Source: Candidatus Heimdallarchaeota archaeon (GTDB taxonomy: Archaea > Asgardarchaeota > Heimdallarchaeia > Heimdallarchaeales > Heimdallarchaeaceae). Taken from it: a stretch of 64,000 bases of DNA. The notes beneath the pieces were generated by a model that saw only the letters and a program-made list of their open reading frames with translations, was not told the origin of the DNA and did no database searches. How positions within the stretch are numbered: the first letter of the stretch is position 1; every line of letters starts with the position of its first letter. Below are positions 60,703 to 64,000 of this stretch, piece by piece. Location of the stretch: positions 3,668 to 67,667 of the forward strand of contig JAUWJS010000001.1 of NCBI GenBank assembly GCA_030607575.1, read 5' to 3'. The position numbers were made by a program, and so were the translations under genes.

Positions 60703-61479
60703 TTACTCATCTAGAGGTGTATATGGTCCAGCTGTTTCTCCGCCATCAATAGCTATTGCTTGTCCTGTAATATATGCGGCTTCTGATGAGGATAAAAATG
60801 CGAATAAACTAGCAACTTCCTCTGGGGCTGCATGACGGTTTAAAGGTATTTTTGAATTAACCACTTCCAACATTTTAGGTGTATATTCTGCTTTTTGCAT
60901 AGGCGTAAGAACATAACCTGGACAAATGGCATTTACTCGTAACCATGGAGCAAATTCTAGAGCTAACGATTTGGCTAGGAGAATAACTCCTGCCTTTGAA
61001 CTATTATAATCAGCATATAGCGGATGTCCTTCAATACCATTAGTGGAAGCGGTTAGCAAAACAACTCCTGATTGTTGTTTTTTCATTCTTGTTATTGCTT
61101 CTTTGGAACAAAGGAACATCCCATCTAAATTTACACGAAGAACTTTGGACCATTGTTCATAATCAATCTTCAAAAATGAGTTGCGATAACTTATTCCTGC
61201 ATTTGAAATTAGAATATCAATACCTCCCAAAATTTCATCTATCTTTTCAAACGCAAGTTTAACATCTTCTGGATTACTGACATCTGCATACACTCCTCCT
61301 TTGAGTTCAGGAAAAAGAGATGGAACTTTAGTTAACTCTTCTTTATTCCAATCAATGATAACAACCTTTGAACCTTCATTAACAAATCGTTGGGCAGTTG
61401 CCAATCCAATACCACTAGCTCCCCCAGTAACCACAACTCTTTTACCTTCAAGATCTTTATACATACCCATTTTGATCAC
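60703..61479 (-). CDS. Short-chain dehydrogenase/reductase, a tandem paralog.
   Basis: GKRVVVTGGASGIGLATA, NAG, YNSSKAG (YxxxK), PG ... T. Confidence 0.8.
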   Translation of the reverse strand: MIKMGMYKDLEGKRVVVTGGASGIGLATAQRFVNEGSKVVIIDWNKEELTKVPSLFPELKGGVYADVSNPEDVKLAFEKIDEILGGIDILISNAGISYRNSFLKIDYEQWSKVLRVNLDGMFLCSKEAITRMKKQQSGVVLLTASTNGIEGHPLYADYNSSKAGVILLAKSLALEFAPWLRVNAICPGYVLTPMQKAEYTPKMLEVVNSKIPLNRHAAPEEVASLFAFLSSSEAAYITGQAIAIDGGETAGPYTPLDE

Positions 61480-61735
61480 AGCTCTGTACTTCTGATAATC
61501 CTATTTGATTTTTTCCCCAATAATTATAGTATCAATTAGAGGGGTGAGTGATAAAATATATATTCAAATTGCTATTCCCAGTAGGTTATGAAAAAGAGAT
61601 GAGAAGCTTTGAGAAAGGGAATTCTAGAGATCGTGTTGGAAACAATACCACACAAATAATACGAAAATAATGCACTATGTAGAAGAAAAATTATCACAAA
61701 AGGTTTAATTATTTCTGTAATTAAACTGTGCAATT

Positions 61736-62785
61736 ATGAAAAAACGCAACATAATTGCTATTACTTTGATTTCTCTAGGTGTTGTTTTTATTATAGCGGC
61801 AATTATTGTAGTATACAGTTTCGACCCTTTAACTCATAATAATCCTGTTGATGAATCTCTAACAAATTTCTTCTATAACAATAGAAGTAAAGCATTTGGG
61901 GGGATTATGTACATCATTTCCTTTCTTGGGGAAGCTTTAGTTTATGTAGGGATTTTGCTTCTATTTTATTATCTATATGACAAAAAGAAGACTTACAGGG
62001 CAATGGCATTGTTGGTAACATCATCAGTAATAAACGTTTCAACCAAAGCTGCATTTAATCTAGATAGACCAGAAACAAGTTTACAATATGGTCATAATCC
62101 AGAAGAAACATTGTTTTCACCTGCTGATGAAGCTTCAACAGGAATACCAAGTGGTCATACTCAGATGAGTACGACTTTCTGGGGTTCTTTGATGATTTTT
62201 ATTAGAAACTGGTGGATGGTTATAATTGGATCAATTCTTGCATTTCTAATCGGTTTTTCCAGAATTGCTCTCAGAGTACATTGGTTTACAGATGTGTTAA
62301 TGGGACTTGGAATAGCATTAATAATCCTAGCAGTATACCTTCTTATCAAAGATCCAGTTGAGAACTTTATAGATTCTAGGACAACATTTGTTAAAATACT
62401 TCTTTGTATTGCAGTGTTCATTGTTTTTGCAATACCAGTAATTTTTCTTCAATACAATAGAGTTGATAATGATTTTGAGCTTATAACTAAATCTTTGAAA
62501 CTGATAACCCTCTTCACAACAGTTTCTATATCTTACGCAATAGAAGGTAAATTAGTAAACTTTCATACAGATATTGACAAATGGTGGAAGTATCTTGTAA
62601 GAATTTTAATAGGTGCTGCCTTTTTTGCTGCTTTCTATTTCAGCTTATCTGAATTATTTGGCTTAATAATTATTAATGTTGGATGGAATGGAATAGAATT
62701 GACACTTGATTTGATAAAATACGCAATTCTTGGTCCTGTAGTTATTCTTCTTGCCCCCTGGGTAATGATGAAGTTAAAAGTATAG
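61736..62785 (+). CDS. PAP2-family (acid phosphatase/phosphatidic acid phosphatase) integral membrane protein with additional C-terminal TM helices.
   Basis: PAP2 motifs KAAFNLDRP (KxxxxxxRP), PSGH, and SRIALRVHWFTDV (SRxxxxxHxxxD). ~9 predicted TM helices. Confidence 0.65.
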   Translation: MKKRNIIAITLISLGVVFIIAAIIVVYSFDPLTHNNPVDESLTNFFYNNRSKAFGGIMYIISFLGEALVYVGILLLFYYLYDKKKTYRAMALLVTSSVINVSTKAAFNLDRPETSLQYGHNPEETLFSPADEASTGIPSGHTQMSTTFWGSLMIFIRNWWMVIIGSILAFLIGFSRIALRVHWFTDVLMGLGIALIILAVYLLIKDPVENFIDSRTTFVKILLCIAVFIVFAIPVIFLQYNRVDNDFELITKSLKLITLFTTVSISYAIEGKLVNFHTDIDKWWKYLVRILIGAAFFAAFYFSLSELFGLIIINVGWNGIELTLDLIKYAILGPVVILLAPWVMMKLKV

Positions 62786-62911
62786 ATGAATTTAAGGAGG
62801 AATTTCATCTCTTTTTATTTTTTAGCTATTGCTACTTTAGTGTATTCTGTCGTCCAACATTAGATTTTTAAACAAAACTTGGTTTGCTAAGTTAGTTGAA
62901 GAGGATTCAAT

Positions 62912-63481
62912 ATGAGTGACGAAATTAAGCTCTTCGGTAAATGGGATTTAAGTGAAGTAGAGGTATCTGACGTAGGGTTAAAAAGATATATCTCTCTTAA
63001 ACCAGTATATTTCCCTCATTCCGGTGGAAGATACCAGGTTCAACGTTTCAAAAAAGCAGAAATGAATATCGTTGAAAGATTCATCAATAAATTAATGAAA
63101 AAGGGAAAGAATGCCGGAAAGAAGCAAAGAGCAATAAACATTGTTAGAGTTGCATTTGAGATTATTGGCGAAAGAACTGGAAAGAATCCTGTCCAAGTTC
63201 TTGTAGATGCAATTTGTAATGTAGCTCCAAGAGAAGAAACAACTCGTTTAACTTATGGTGGAATAGCACAACATATAGCAGTTGATGTATCACCATTGAG
63301 AAGGGTTGACTTATCATTACGATTCATGGCTAATGCGATAAAACAAAAGAGCTTTAATAACATTAAAAGTGTTGAAGAAGTTGTTGCTGAGGAATTAGTA
63401 GTTGCAGCTACTGGCGATCAAGCTAGCGCAGCAGTTAAGAAGAAACAAGAGATAGAGAGAATTGCTCTATCAGCTAGATAA
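62912..63481 (+). CDS. rps7: 30S ribosomal protein S7 (uS7).
   Basis: IKLFGKWDLSEVEVSDVGLKRYISL ... ERFINKLMKKGK ... TGKNP are archaeal uS7 signatures. Confidence 0.9.
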   Translation: MSDEIKLFGKWDLSEVEVSDVGLKRYISLKPVYFPHSGGRYQVQRFKKAEMNIVERFINKLMKKGKNAGKKQRAINIVRVAFEIIGERTGKNPVQVLVDAICNVAPREETTRLTYGGIAQHIAVDVSPLRRVDLSLRFMANAIKQKSFNNIKSVEEVVAEELVVAATGDQASAAVKKKQEIERIALSAR

Positions 63482-63497
63482 GGTAAGGTTGAAAAAA

Positions 63498-64000
63498 ATG
63501 GGTAAAAGACCAGCGAGAAGTTATACACGTGTTAGAGGACCTGCAAATACAAGAGTCGGAAAGTATGTTAGAGGAGTACCTGACTCAAGAATCAGGGCAT
63601 ATGATTCTGGAAACAGAAAAGGGGATTTTCCTTTGCATGTTCATCTTGTTTCAAAAGACAGATGTCAGATTAGACATACTGCTCTAGAAGCTACAAGAAT
63701 CGCGGTTAATAGACACCTTCAAAGACACTTAGGAGTTGAAAACTATCACATGACAATTAGAATACATCCACATCATATTCTAAGAGAAAATAAAATGATG
63801 GCTGTAGCAGGTGCTGATAGAATTCAAGATGGGATGAGATTATCTTTTGGAAAACCAACAGATAGAGCTGCAAGAGTAAAAGAGGGACAAGAACTAGTTA
63901 CTGTTAGAACATCTGTTGAAAACTACCTTATAACTCTTGATGCATTAAAAAGAGGAGCAGATCGATTTCCAACTCCATGCAAATACAAGATAGGCAAAGG
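63498..64000 (+). CDS. rpl10e: 50S ribosomal protein L10e (uL16); 3' partial at the window end.
   Basis: MGKRPARSYTRVRGPANTRVGKYVRGVPDSRIRAY ... MTIRIHPHHILRENKM are L10e/uL16 signatures. Confidence 0.85.
   Translation, partial: MGKRPARSYTRVRGPANTRVGKYVRGVPDSRIRAYDSGNRKGDFPLHVHLVSKDRCQIRHTALEATRIAVNRHLQRHLGVENYHMTIRIHPHHILRENKMMAVAGADRIQDGMRLSFGKPTDRAARVKEGQELVTVRTSVENYLITLDALKRGADRFPTPCKYKIGK

Overview
This is an AT-rich (about 33-36% GC), densely coded archaeal chromosomal window. The genes are archaeal information-processing and central-metabolism genes on both strands, with four tRNAs and no CRISPR array, IS element or integrase that I can see.

Supported content:
- Replication: an RPA-like single-strand DNA-binding protein (5' partial), RFC small subunit, and Orc1/Cdc6 followed by an ArsR-like winged-helix regulator. 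The 460-bp AT-rich region upstream of Orc1/Cdc6 is a candidate replication origin.
- Transcription: rpoB (fused, single gene), rpoA', rpoA'', rpoD, NusA and a divergent TFB paralog.
- Ribosomal proteins: L18e-L13-S9, L3-L4-L23-L2, S12, L30e, S7-L10e.
- Translation and RNA processing: aIF5A, TruA, RtcA, an NSUN-type methyltransferase, Nob1, a NOG1-like GTPase and TrpRS.
- tRNAs, all with encoded CCA: tRNA-Glu(CUC), tRNA-Leu(GAG), tRNA-Ala(CGC, with the G3:U70 pair), tRNA-Leu(CAG).
- Metabolism: FolD, GlyA, glycine-cleavage P-protein subunits (gcvPA/gcvPB), pyruvate phosphate dikinase, an ADP-dependent sugar kinase, a UbiD-family decarboxylase, NAD kinase, SurE, two tandem SDRs, a PAP2 phosphatase and a HisC-like aminotransferase.

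Points worth a second look:
- The canonical archaeal rpoH-rpoB-rpoA'-rpoA''-L30e-NusA-S12-S7 and ribosomal-protein superoperons are broken into several separate pieces, and rtcA sits between S9 and L3.
- A minimal type IV pilus/archaellum-like module (secretion ATPase plus a platform protein split into two overlapping ORFs) has no pilin or prepilin peptidase. It sits between a large, heavily sequon-rich surface protein and the divergent TFB.
- An SF2 helicase-like gene with degenerate Walker A and B motifs lies directly upstream of rpoB.
- A 316-aa protein has a Panacea (SocA-like antitoxin) N-terminal domain and no recognisable partner gene.
- A dyad element with 10-bp arms and a 16-bp spacer occurs in two intergenic regions.
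- There is a perfect 12-bp CACGTG-core palindrome in the rpoA'/folD divergent promoter region.
- A nucleotidyltransferase carries a ribbon-helix-helix-like N-terminal extension.
- The HisC-like aminotransferase has an N-terminal ~99 codons with no canonical start codon.

Every call rests on motifs read by eye from the translations. I ran no database search.
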